Positions 17,069-25,317 of a DNA stretch of 54,252 nucleotides are shown here, piece by piece. Numbering within the stretch: the stretch's first letter is position 1; the number at the start of each line of letters is the position of its first letter. The DNA comes from an uncultured Sandaracinaceae bacterium (GTDB taxonomy: Bacteria; Myxococcota_A; Polyangia; Polyangiales; Sandaracinaceae). A model generated the notes under the pieces. That model was given only the letters and a program-made list of their open reading frames with translations, was not told the origin of the DNA and searched no databases. The DNA is taken from contig CAYZQM010000002.1 of the NCBI GenBank assembly GCA_964480175.1, positions 25,855 through 80,106 on the forward strand. The letters are read 5' to 3'. Made by a program: the position numbers and the translations under genes.

Positions 17069-17909
17069 CTTTCAGGACACCGTCGCCCAGCTCATCAACT
17101 CCTACACCGGCCCGATCCTCGTCGCCGCGCGTCGCGCGTCCGGCTTGGTCGGTCAGCTCGAGCGCAAGGCGCCGCCCGATCTCACGCCAGACCAGCGCCG
17201 CAAGCTCCAGATCGCCAAGGAGCGCGCCGACGACTGCGACGACGTGATCAAGGCGCGCGAGCGCGTCGCGCCTGCGGCCGTTCGCACGTCGCGCAACTAC
17301 GTCGCGTCGGCGTGGAGCACGCTGGCCGGCGCCATCGACGCGACGAGCACGCTGCCGCACGAGATCAGCCCGCACGGCGAGGAGGCCAAGCGGATCTCCG
17401 AGGCGCTCTTCAGCGACGGGGTGTCGTTCGCGCAGCTCGACTCCCAGGAGTCGTGGACCCAGTCCAAGCGCAAGCTCGAGCGCATCGTCGAGGAGGGCTA
17501 CGAGGCTCGAATCGAGGCGCTCGGTCACGCGCTGTTCCTCGCGAACGTTCGGCGCGCAGTCGCCCAGCTCGGCGAGGCCACCGGCTGCGCGGGCGGACCG
17601 TCGGCGAGCGAGGCCGAGCCCAGCGCGCGGGCGCTCATCGACGCGCGCACCCGCTTCCGCGCCGCGCTGAGCGGCTACACCCGGTCGCTCGCGGTGGACG
17701 TCGACGAGACCGTGCCCGCGACGGTCGAGCGCTTCCTGCAAGCGGTCTCTCCGATCGACGACGTGCGCGCCGCCGCCCGCAACGGCGGCGACGAGGAGGA
17801 GCCGATCGAGCCGGACGACGAACTGGACACGGACGAGCCCGACACGGACGAGCCGGTCGAGCCCGAGCCGATCGACCCGAACGAGCCGGGCGGTCCCTTC
17901 ATCTCGTGA
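17061..17909 (+). CDS. hypothetical protein with strongly acidic Pro/Asp/Glu C-terminal tail
   Basis: High GC3 from the ATG at 17061 (MANFQDTVAQLINSY...). The tail is DEEEPIEPDDELDTDEPDTDEPVEPEPIDPNEPGGPFIS. I rejected the N-terminal extension of the track ORF from 16854. Confidence 0.55.
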   Translation: MANFQDTVAQLINSYTGPILVAARRASGLVGQLERKAPPDLTPDQRRKLQIAKERADDCDDVIKARERVAPAAVRTSRNYVASAWSTLAGAIDATSTLPHEISPHGEEAKRISEALFSDGVSFAQLDSQESWTQSKRKLERIVEEGYEARIEALGHALFLANVRRAVAQLGEATGCAGGPSASEAEPSARALIDARTRFRAALSGYTRSLAVDVDETVPATVERFLQAVSPIDDVRAAARNGGDEEEPIEPDDELDTDEPDTDEPVEPEPIDPNEPGGPFIS

Positions 17910-17966
17910 GGCGCGCTCGACCCAGCGCTCCCTGATCCGAGGGCGCGGGAGGGTCACCGCGGGGCG

Positions 17967-17989
17967 CAGTCCGAGCTCACGTCGGACTG
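17967..17989 (+). terminator. hairpin downstream of 17061..17909
   Basis: CAGTCCGA-gctcacg-TCGGACTG, an 8-bp perfect stem 58 nt after the stop. No clear U-tract. Confidence 0.25.
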
Positions 17990-18069
17990 TGTCTCGCGCT
18001 GAGCGGCGCACGACGAGCGCTCGGCCACGCCGACTCAGACTCGGGCGCTCGTGCTCGCCGAGACCGAGA

Positions 18070-18221
18070 GGGGCCGGCGTGGGCTTTCGGCGCGACGAGC
18101 ACGGGGAGCGAGAGGAGACGGTCCGTCGCGTCGGAGGGCTCCGCCGTTCGAGCCCTTCGGCGCGGCGGACCCTCACTGCGAGCGAGCCGCGCGCAGCGAG
18201 CCGGAAGCCCACGCCGGCCCC
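18070..18221. repeat. long-range inverted repeat (about 20-nt arms, about 110-nt spacer) in a convergent intergenic region
   Basis: Left arm GGGGCCGGCGTGGGCTTTCGG (18070..18090). Right arm CCGGAAGCCCACGCCGGCCCC (18201..18221), whose reverse complement is GGGGCCGGCGTGGGCTTCCGG. 17 consecutive nt are identical. Confidence 0.6.
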
Positions 18222-18301
18222 GGCTTGATCACCCGACCGGTCGCCTTGCGCGTCTCGGGAGGAAGGGCGCGATTGATGTCGCCCCTACTGTGGCCGAGGG
18301 C

Positions 18302-20437
18302 TCAGGAGCGTTCGACGGAGTACACGCCGTCGACGCCCTGGATCTTGCGCATGAGGATGTTGAGCTTCTGCGCCTCGTCCACCTGGAAGTGGAAGAGGTT
18401 GATCGCGGTGCCGTCGGGGCCCACGCGGCAGTTGGCCTCGGAGATGTTCACGCCGGCCTCGGTGAACGCGGCGCTCACGTTGGCGAGGATGCCGGGCTTG
18501 TCGGTGGTGGTGATGCGCAGCACCACGGGGCGAGAGGCCTTCACCCGATCCGACCAGCTCACGTCGATGCGCCGCTCGGGGTCGAGCTCCATCGCCTTGA
18601 CGCAGCCTCGGCGGTGCACGGTCACGCCGCGCCCTCGGGTGATCCAGCCGGTCACCGGATCGCCCGGCAGCGGCGAGCAGCACTGCGCGAAGCGCACCAC
18701 CACGTCGTCGACGTCGTCGATCTTGATGCCGCCGTCGTTGCCGCCGGTGACCCGGCGCACGGTGCGCTCGAAGAGCGACGGCTTGAGATCCGCCTTCTCG
18801 TCCTGCACCGCGGCGTCGTAGACCTCGGCGCCGTCGATCTTGCCGAAGCCGACCGCCGCGAAGAGCTCCTCGCCGCTCTGCACGTGTAGGACGGTCGCGA
18901 CCTTCTCGAGCTGCCCGGACTTGGTGAAGCGCGCGAAGCTCGCGTCGTGCTTGTGGAACGCGCGCTCCACCAGCGTGCGGCCCAGCGCGATGCTCCGCTT
19001 GCGCTCCTCGGCGCGGATGTACGTCCGCACCTTGCTGCGGGCGCGGCCCGTCGCGACGTAGTCGAGCCAGTCCTTGCTCGGGTGCTGCTGCGGGCTCGTG
19101 AGGATCTCGATCGTGTCGCCGTTGTGCAGCTGGTAGCGCAGGGGAACGATCGCGCCGTTCACCCGCGCGCCCGCGCAGTGATCGCCGACCTCCGAGTGGA
19201 TCGAGTACGCGAAGTCGATCGGCGTGGCGCCCCGGGGGAAGACCTTGAGCTGACCGCGCGGGGTGAAGACGTAGACCTCCTCGGCGAAGAGATCGACCTT
19301 CACCGAGTCGAGGAACTCGGCCGGGTCGGCGACCTCTTGCTGGAACTCCATCAGCTGACGCAGCCAGGCGAAGCGCGCGGCGTCCTTGGTGTCCAGACCC
19401 CCGGTCTTCTCCTTGTACTTCCAGTGCGCCGCGATGCCGAGCTCGGCGGTGCGGTGCATCTCGCTCGTGCGGATCTGCACCTCGATGCGGCGCTGGCCCG
19501 GGCCGATGACCGTCGTGTGCAGCGACTGGTACATGTTCGACTTCGGCAGCGCGACGTAGTCCTTGAAGCGACCGGGGATCGGGGTCCACTGCGAGTGGAT
19601 CACCCCGAGCGCCGCGTAGCAGTCGGCGACGTCCTCGGTGAGCACCCGGAACGCGAGCACGTCGTGCACTTGCTCGAACTCGCAGTTGTTCTGCCGCATC
19701 TTGCGGAAGATCGAGTAGAGGTGCTTGGCCCGGCCGGTGACCTCCACCGCGAAGCCCCGCTCGATCAGCATCTTCTGCAGGCGCTTCACGACGTCGCCGA
19801 TGTAGCGGTCGCGGTCGCGCTGGGCCTTCTTGGTCTTCTGGACCAGGTCCGCGTACTGCTCGGGCCACAGATACTGGAAGGCGATCTCTTCCAGATCGCT
19901 CTTGAGCCAGTTGATGCCCAGACGCCCCGCCAGCGGCGCGTAGATGTCCATCGTCTCTTGGGCGATGCGGACCTGGGCCTCGGGCTTCATGTGCTCGAGG
20001 GTCCGCATGTTGTCGAGACGGTCGGCCAGCTTGACCAAGAGCACGCGGATGTCGCGCGCCATCGCGACGACCATCTTGCGGAAGCTCTCCGCCTGCTGGT
20101 CCTCCTTGCTGGTGAAGTTGATGCGGCCGAGCTTGGTGACGCCGTCGACGAGGAACGCGATCTCTTCACCGAAGCGCTGCGCCATCTCCTCGTGGGAGAC
20201 CTCGCAGTCCTCGACCACGTCGTGCAGGAACGCCGCACACACGCTCGCGCTGTCGAGCTTCATGTCGGCGATGATCGACGCCACCGCCACCGGATGGCTG
20301 ATGTACGGATCGCCCGACTTGCGGTTCTGACCCTCGTGCTTCTGCGCAGCGAAGGAGAACGCTCGGTGGAGCAAATCGAAGTCGGCTGCCGGCTGGTAGG
20401 CTCGGACCTTGTCGACGATGTCGGTCAGGTGAACCAT
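18302..20437 (-). CDS. relA: bifunctional (p)ppGpp synthetase/hydrolase, RelA/SpoT homologue
   Basis: HD hydrolase motif (HPVAVA...LHDVVEDC), synthetase region (RAKHLYSIFRKM, YQSLHTTV), TGS (VFTPRGQLKVFPRGATPIDFAYSIH) and a C-terminal ACT-like region; 711 aa. Confidence 0.95.
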   Translation of the reverse strand: MVHLTDIVDKVRAYQPAADFDLLHRAFSFAAQKHEGQNRKSGDPYISHPVAVASIIADMKLDSASVCAAFLHDVVEDCEVSHEEMAQRFGEEIAFLVDGVTKLGRINFTSKEDQQAESFRKMVVAMARDIRVLLVKLADRLDNMRTLEHMKPEAQVRIAQETMDIYAPLAGRLGINWLKSDLEEIAFQYLWPEQYADLVQKTKKAQRDRDRYIGDVVKRLQKMLIERGFAVEVTGRAKHLYSIFRKMRQNNCEFEQVHDVLAFRVLTEDVADCYAALGVIHSQWTPIPGRFKDYVALPKSNMYQSLHTTVIGPGQRRIEVQIRTSEMHRTAELGIAAHWKYKEKTGGLDTKDAARFAWLRQLMEFQQEVADPAEFLDSVKVDLFAEEVYVFTPRGQLKVFPRGATPIDFAYSIHSEVGDHCAGARVNGAIVPLRYQLHNGDTIEILTSPQQHPSKDWLDYVATGRARSKVRTYIRAEERKRSIALGRTLVERAFHKHDASFARFTKSGQLEKVATVLHVQSGEELFAAVGFGKIDGAEVYDAAVQDEKADLKPSLFERTVRRVTGGNDGGIKIDDVDDVVVRFAQCCSPLPGDPVTGWITRGRGVTVHRRGCVKAMELDPERRIDVSWSDRVKASRPVVLRITTTDKPGILANVSAAFTEAGVNISEANCRVGPDGTAINLFHFQVDEAQKLNILMRKIQGVDGVYSVERS

Positions 20438-20752
20438 GCGACTAGATGCGCCAGACGAGTGTCCGTTCGCAAAAGTCTGCGAAGGCTACCACTCGCAAAA
20501 TATCGTCACAAGGAAGCGACGCGATCGAGCGCGCGAGGCCATCCGAGGACGAACGGGTCGAGGTAGGGGTGGGGGTGGAAGAAGCCATGCGTGGATGTAG
20601 GGCCGTGCATCTCGAGGGTGCATGGCTGGCGCGCGATCGGGTCACCTGCGTTGTGTCGCCTCTCACCGCCGGGGGTTCCGAAGCCTGTTCACCGACCCCA
20701 TGACCGGGCCGGCCTTGCGTGCGACACCGCCTCGGGGCGATGCTTGGCGGGC

Positions 20753-22450
20753 ATGCGCGGCTTCCGGCAGTTCTGCCTCGCTCTCTCGGTGACGCTGTTC
20801 CTCCCTGCGTGCGCGCCCTCGGCCACGCAGCTCATCGTCTCGGTGGACACCGATCTTCCGGTGCGGACCGCCATCGATCGGGTGACGGTGAGCGTCAGTC
20901 GCGAGGGGACGACCCACGAAGAGAGCGGGGTCCTCAACGATCGCCGCAGCTTGCCCCTCACCCTCTCGGTGATCCCGGAGGACGGCGAGTCGCTCGGGCC
21001 GATCCGGGTGACCGCCACGGGCTACCTCGCGAGCGAAGTGGTCGTCACCCGAAGCGCGACGGTGACGCTGGTGCGGGGCGAGACCCGGGTGCTGCCGCTC
21101 TTTCTCTTGGCTGACTGCCGCGACATCGTCTGCCCCCGCGCGGGCGACACCTGCGGCGAAGAGGGCTGCGTCCCCGAAGAAGTGGATCCGATGCCCTGGA
21201 CGGGGACGCCGCCCACCATCGGGATGGACGCCGGTCTCGACGCCGCGCGGCTCGACGGCGCCGTCGACGGAGCGGTGCGTGACGGGGGTCGCGACGCGCC
21301 GATCGCCACCGACTGCACCGAGGACGGCGACTGCGACGACGGCGCGGCCTGCACGGCCGACACCTGCAACGCAGCGGGGAGCTGCGAGCACGTGGGCTCC
21401 GATGCGGCGTGCGACGACGGCAACCCGTGCACCACCGACGCGTGTGAAGTCGGCGGCTGCGTGCACCCCGCGGCCGTGGGCGTCTCGTGCGAGGACAGCC
21501 TCTACTGCAACGGGCTCGACACCTGCGGCGCGGATGGCGCGTGCTCGGTGCACGGCGGCGATCCCTGCGGAGGAGGCGCCTGCGTCGAGGCGAGCGACAC
21601 CTGCGACGTGGTCTGCGGCTCGCGGGCCGACTGCCCGGCGGACAGCTTCGGCGCGTGGGGCGCGTGCGACTACGGCGACGGCTGCGACGAGAGCGCGACC
21701 CGGAGCCGCACCGCGCGACGCTGGAGTTGTGTGTCGAGCGCGTGCGTCTCGTCGGACGAGACCGACAGCGAGCCCTGCACCCGCGACACCGACGGAACGA
21801 CGTGCGGGGCAGGCAGCTGCGGTGGCTGGGGGAGCTGCGGCGGCTTCAGCGACACCTGCGACGAGTCGGGCACCGAGAGCCGCACGTGCTCCGACGTCGT
21901 GTGCACGGCGGGCTCGTGCGGCGCGGTGATGCGCACCGAGAACCGCGCCTGCTCCCGGAGCACCGGCGGCACGATGTGCGCGGCGAGCAGCTGCGGTGGG
22001 TGGGGTAGCTGCGGTGGGTATTCGGACGCCTGCGACGAGAGCGGGACCCAGAGCCGTACCTGCAACGACTACGCGTGCGCGGGCGGCACCTGCGCAGCGA
22101 GCCCGCGCTCCGAGAACCAGGCGTGCAGCCGCGACACCGACGGCGCGAGCTGCGGCAGCACGAGCTGCGGCGCTTGGAGCACGTGCGTCTACTCGACCGA
22201 GTGCGACGAGACGGGCAGCCAGTCGCGCACCTGCACCGATCGGATCTGCAGCGCGGGCTCGTGCGGCTCGCCGACCCGCACCGAGACCAACAACAGCTGC
22301 TCGACGCGCGACACCGATGGCGTGGACTGCGGAGACGACTTCGACTGCCAGGTCGATCGCTGCAGCGCCGGCTCCTGCAACTTCGTCAGCGGTGGCTGCA
22401 CCGGCGGTCGCCAGTGCTGTTACCCCGGCTGTTTCACGATCTGTCCTTAG
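20753..22450 (+). CDS. Cys-rich repeat lipoprotein
   Basis: Lipobox start MRGFRQFCLALSVTLFLPAC at ATG 20753. Myxobacterial Cys-rich repeat style segments (CDDGAACTADTCNAAGSC, CDDGNPCTTDACEVGGC), followed by four tandem modules of about 57 aa. Confidence 0.75.
   Translation: MRGFRQFCLALSVTLFLPACAPSATQLIVSVDTDLPVRTAIDRVTVSVSREGTTHEESGVLNDRRSLPLTLSVIPEDGESLGPIRVTATGYLASEVVVTRSATVTLVRGETRVLPLFLLADCRDIVCPRAGDTCGEEGCVPEEVDPMPWTGTPPTIGMDAGLDAARLDGAVDGAVRDGGRDAPIATDCTEDGDCDDGAACTADTCNAAGSCEHVGSDAACDDGNPCTTDACEVGGCVHPAAVGVSCEDSLYCNGLDTCGADGACSVHGGDPCGGGACVEASDTCDVVCGSRADCPADSFGAWGACDYGDGCDESATRSRTARRWSCVSSACVSSDETDSEPCTRDTDGTTCGAGSCGGWGSCGGFSDTCDESGTESRTCSDVVCTAGSCGAVMRTENRACSRSTGGTMCAASSCGGWGSCGGYSDACDESGTQSRTCNDYACAGGTCAASPRSENQACSRDTDGASCGSTSCGAWSTCVYSTECDETGSQSRTCTDRICSAGSCGSPTRTETNNSCSTRDTDGVDCGDDFDCQVDRCSAGSCNFVSGGCTGGRQCCYPGCFTICP
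21641..22330 (+). repeat. four in-frame tandem repeats of about 172 nt (about 57 aa) encoding a 6-Cys module
   Basis: The modules align by eye. 1: FGAWGACDYGDGCDESATRSRTARRWSCVSSAC... 2: SCGGWGSCGGFSDTCDESGTESRTCSDVVCTAGSC... 3: SCGGWGSCGGYSDACDESGTQSRTCNDYACAGGTC... 4: SCGAWSTCVYSTECDETGSQSRTCTDRICSAGSC... Confidence 0.8.
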
Positions 22451-22464
22451 CCGAGCGCCTACCC

Positions 22465-23283
22465 ATGAAGCACCTCGTCCTCTCCCTCTTCACGGCCTTC
22501 GTCCTCGCGCAGATCGCGCCGTGCGCGGCGCATGCGCAGTCCGCGAGCGAGGTCGCCGCAGCGCGCAGCCTCTTCGAAGAGGGCGTCGCGGCCGCGGGCG
22601 ATGGACGCTGGCAAGACGCGCTCTCCGCCTTCGAGCGCAGCTACGCGATCGCCCCGCGCTCGACGACGCTGCTCAACCTCGCGGGCGCGCAGGTGCAGCT
22701 CGGTCGCCTCGTCGCGGCGAGCGAGAGCTACCAGCGCCTCATCCGCGAGGCGGGGAGCAATGCTCGGGAGCGGCGGCTGCGTGATCAGGCGCGGGAGGCG
22801 CTCGGCACGCTCGAGCCCCGGATCGCGCACCTGACCCTGAACATCGCCAACCTCGAGCGCGGCGACGAGGTCCTGCTCGACGGCACGTCCGTCGCGCACG
22901 CGATCGTCGGGGTCGCGACGCCGGTCGATCCCGGCGATCACCGGGTCTCCGTGCGACGGAGCGATCGCGAGATCGGCCAAGCGAGCGTGAGCCTCGAGGA
23001 GGGCGCGACGCGCGAGCTGACCGTGCTCTTGCGTCCCGCCGATAGCGTCACCGTCGCTGCGTCGGGGGGACCGGACGAAGGGACGAGCACCGTGCCCGAA
23101 GCCGCGCTCACCGCCGACACGGACGACGGCGGCGGCGAGGACATCGCGGCCTCGCCCATCCTCTGGACGATCGTCGGTGTGGTCGTGGTGGGCGGCGTCG
23201 TCGCCGCGGTGGTCGCCACCCAGGTGCCCACGGAGCCCAGCTACTACACCGGCAACCTCGGCGACGGTCAGATCCGCTTCTGA
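22465..23283 (+). CDS. secreted protein with PEGA-like domain and C-terminal TM anchor
   Basis: Signal peptide MKHLVLSLFTAFVLAQIAPCAAHA from ATG 22465. PEGA-like segment EVLLDGTSVAHAIVGVATPVDPGDHRVSVRR. TM segment ILWTIVGVVVVGGVVAAVVA. Tail ends ...GDGQIRF. Confidence 0.65.
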   Translation: MKHLVLSLFTAFVLAQIAPCAAHAQSASEVAAARSLFEEGVAAAGDGRWQDALSAFERSYAIAPRSTTLLNLAGAQVQLGRLVAASESYQRLIREAGSNARERRLRDQAREALGTLEPRIAHLTLNIANLERGDEVLLDGTSVAHAIVGVATPVDPGDHRVSVRRSDREIGQASVSLEEGATRELTVLLRPADSVTVAASGGPDEGTSTVPEAALTADTDDGGGEDIAASPILWTIVGVVVVGGVVAAVVATQVPTEPSYYTGNLGDGQIRF

Positions 23284-23346
23284 TCGCCTCACGTCGCGCG
23301 GTGGATGGTGGGGCGCCGCCGCCGGGGGTAGAGCACGATCGCGCCG

Positions 23347-24363
23347 TTGGCGCAGCTCTCGATGGATGCCCTCGGTCGCTGTGGTCTGCACCAAGACGCG
23401 GACGCCGTCCTCGCGTGCGCGCGGTGCGGCGCGTTCGCGTGCGTGGCCTGCGCACCTTCCCCGACGCTGCTCTGCGAGGCCTGCCGCACGCGCCTGCCGC
23501 CGCGCCATCGCGGTGATCCCTTCGCGCTCCCGCCGGCGCCAGGGCGCGTGCGCCGGTGGGCGACGTCGATCCCGGTCTTCTACGGCGCGTTCGCGCTGCT
23601 CGCGATCGGCGCCCGCATGGCGACCTCGACGCGCGCGCTCGCGGCGATCGCGATCGGCGCGATCGTCGTGGTGGTGCTGGGGCTGGCGAGGCTCTTCGGG
23701 ACGCTCCGCGCGCGACGCGGGAGGGCCGTGCTGACACGGGGCCTGCGCGCGATGCGGGTGCAGGCCAGCCGCGAGGCGGCGGTGGTGTTCGAGGAGGCCC
23801 TGCACTTTTCGCGGCTCGATGCGAGCACCCGCGCGCTCGCGCTGTGGCTCTTCGGAGTGAGCGCGTCGGCGATGGGGGAGCACGCGCGCGCGCTCGCGGT
23901 CCTCGAGCCCCTGACCGCCTCGAGCTGGCGCGCGAGCGCGGCGCTGAGCCTGCTCCGCGGACCGGGGCAGATCGTGCTCGCGGTGACCCGCGCGCTCGCG
24001 GGGGACGCGGTCGGTGCGGCCCGCGCTCGCGCGGCCTATCGTCCGAGCCTCTTGCACCGCTTCACCTACTCACCGGCGTACGCTGACGCCCTGATGGCGC
24101 TGCGTCGCGGCGAGCAGGGCGATGCGGTGGCGGCGGATCTCGAAGCGAGCCGCAAGCACGGCCGGCGGATGCGCGATGCCTCGCTCACGCGCGCGGCGTC
24201 GCTGCTCGACGGATTCCATCGCGAGCGAATCGGGGCGCCCGCGGCCGCGATCGATGCGGCGCTGCTCGAGGCGCGGCTCGCGCCGCTCGAGGCGCACCGT
24301 GGTCTCGCGCGGCACTGGCCGGAGCTCTCGGCGTTCGTCGAGCGACGCTTCGCGTCACCGTGA
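23347..24363 (+). CDS. membrane protein with N-terminal Cys/His zinc-ribbon-like motif, function unknown
   Basis: CGLHQDADAVLACARCGAFACVACAP...LCEACR, followed by two TM helices and a helical C-terminal region. The start is either the TTG at 23347 or the ATG at 23362. Confidence 0.55.
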   Translation: MAQLSMDALGRCGLHQDADAVLACARCGAFACVACAPSPTLLCEACRTRLPPRHRGDPFALPPAPGRVRRWATSIPVFYGAFALLAIGARMATSTRALAAIAIGAIVVVVLGLARLFGTLRARRGRAVLTRGLRAMRVQASREAAVVFEEALHFSRLDASTRALALWLFGVSASAMGEHARALAVLEPLTASSWRASAALSLLRGPGQIVLAVTRALAGDAVGAARARAAYRPSLLHRFTYSPAYADALMALRRGEQGDAVAADLEASRKHGRRMRDASLTRAASLLDGFHRERIGAPAAAIDAALLEARLAPLEAHRGLARHWPELSAFVERRFASP

Positions 24364-24392
24364 TCGGCATGCGCACTTTTCGCGGATCACCT

Positions 24393-24422
24393 TTGACCTC
24401 CGAAAGCTCGCTCCGGTAGCAT
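24393..24422 (+). promoter_or_regulatory. candidate sigma-70-type promoter for psd
   Basis: TTGACC (24393..24398), an 18-nt spacer, then TAGCAT (24417..24422), about 25 nt upstream of the psd ATG in a locally AT-richer stretch. Confidence 0.3.
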
Positions 24423-24447
24423 CGCGTCGGCGTTTTCGCCCTTCCGC

Positions 24448-25317
24448 ATGGTCACGACCCGCCTCGCCGCCGAGACCTTGCGCCTTTTGCCTCGCAAACG
24501 GCTGAGCCGCGCTTTGGGGCGCGCTGCGGCATCCGAGCCGCCTCGCGCGCTCTTGCAGCGGGCCATCGATCTCTACGTGCGCGCCTACGACGTCGACCTC
24601 GCGGAGTGCGTGATCCCGGACGGAGGCTTTCGGAGCTTCAACGAGTTCTTCAGCCGGCCCCTGGTCCCCGGTGCGCGGCCCCTCGATCCCGATCCCGACG
24701 CGCTGCTCTGCCCTGCGGATGGCAAGGTCGAGGACCTCGGTCCGATCGAGGCGGGCTCGCGCTTCCTCGTGAAGGGCAAGGAGTACGAGGTCGGTGAGCT
24801 GCTCGGCGGTGGCGACGCGAGCGCGTTCGTGGGCGGCCAGTTCGCGGTCGTCTACCTGTCGCCGCGCGACTACCACCGCGTGCACGCGCCGGTGGACGGA
24901 GTGGTGGAGCAGATCCGGCACGTGGGCGGCACGCTCTATCCCGTGAATCGGATCGGCCTCGATCACGTGCCGCGCCTCTTCGCGAAGAACGAGCGCGTCG
25001 CCATCCACCAGCGGAGCGAGCGCTTCGGCGACGTGATCACCGTGATGGTCGGCGCGATCGTCGTCGGCGGCATCGAGCTGCCCTTCGAGCCGCGCCTCGC
25101 GACCAACAAGGGATCGGTGCTCGGCGAGGTTCGCTACGGGGCGTCGGGTCCGCGCATCGCGCGCGGCGAAGAGCTGGGGCGCTTCGTGCTCGGCTCGACC
25201 GCGATCGTGCTGACGACGCCGCGCGCCGAGCTGCGCGCGCGCGTCTCCAGCGGCACCAAGGCGAGGATGGGCGAGGCCCTCTTCACCCGTTCGTCATCGA
25301 GAGGAGGCAGCGCTTGA
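24448..25317 (+). CDS. psd: phosphatidylserine decarboxylase proenzyme
   Basis: FNEFFSRPL, VYLSPRDYHRVHAPVDG and the self-cleavage motif in FVLGSTAIVL (G-S-T). Confidence 0.9.
   Translation: MVTTRLAAETLRLLPRKRLSRALGRAAASEPPRALLQRAIDLYVRAYDVDLAECVIPDGGFRSFNEFFSRPLVPGARPLDPDPDALLCPADGKVEDLGPIEAGSRFLVKGKEYEVGELLGGGDASAFVGGQFAVVYLSPRDYHRVHAPVDGVVEQIRHVGGTLYPVNRIGLDHVPRLFAKNERVAIHQRSERFGDVITVMVGAIVVGGIELPFEPRLATNKGSVLGEVRYGASGPRIARGEELGRFVLGSTAIVLTTPRAELRARVSSGTKARMGEALFTRSSSRGGSA

Noticed and set aside
16131-18212. 693-aa minus-strand ORF
   Set aside because: An Arg/Ala/Gly-rich shadow opposite 15928..16524 and 17061..17909. It only coincides with a coding-like signal in short patches of the 16573..17068 remnant.
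20446-20703. 85-aa plus-strand ORF in the 315-bp relA upstream/divergent region
   Set aside because: Third-position GC is only moderate and there is no motif. It overlaps the likely promoter region, so I treat it as non-coding.
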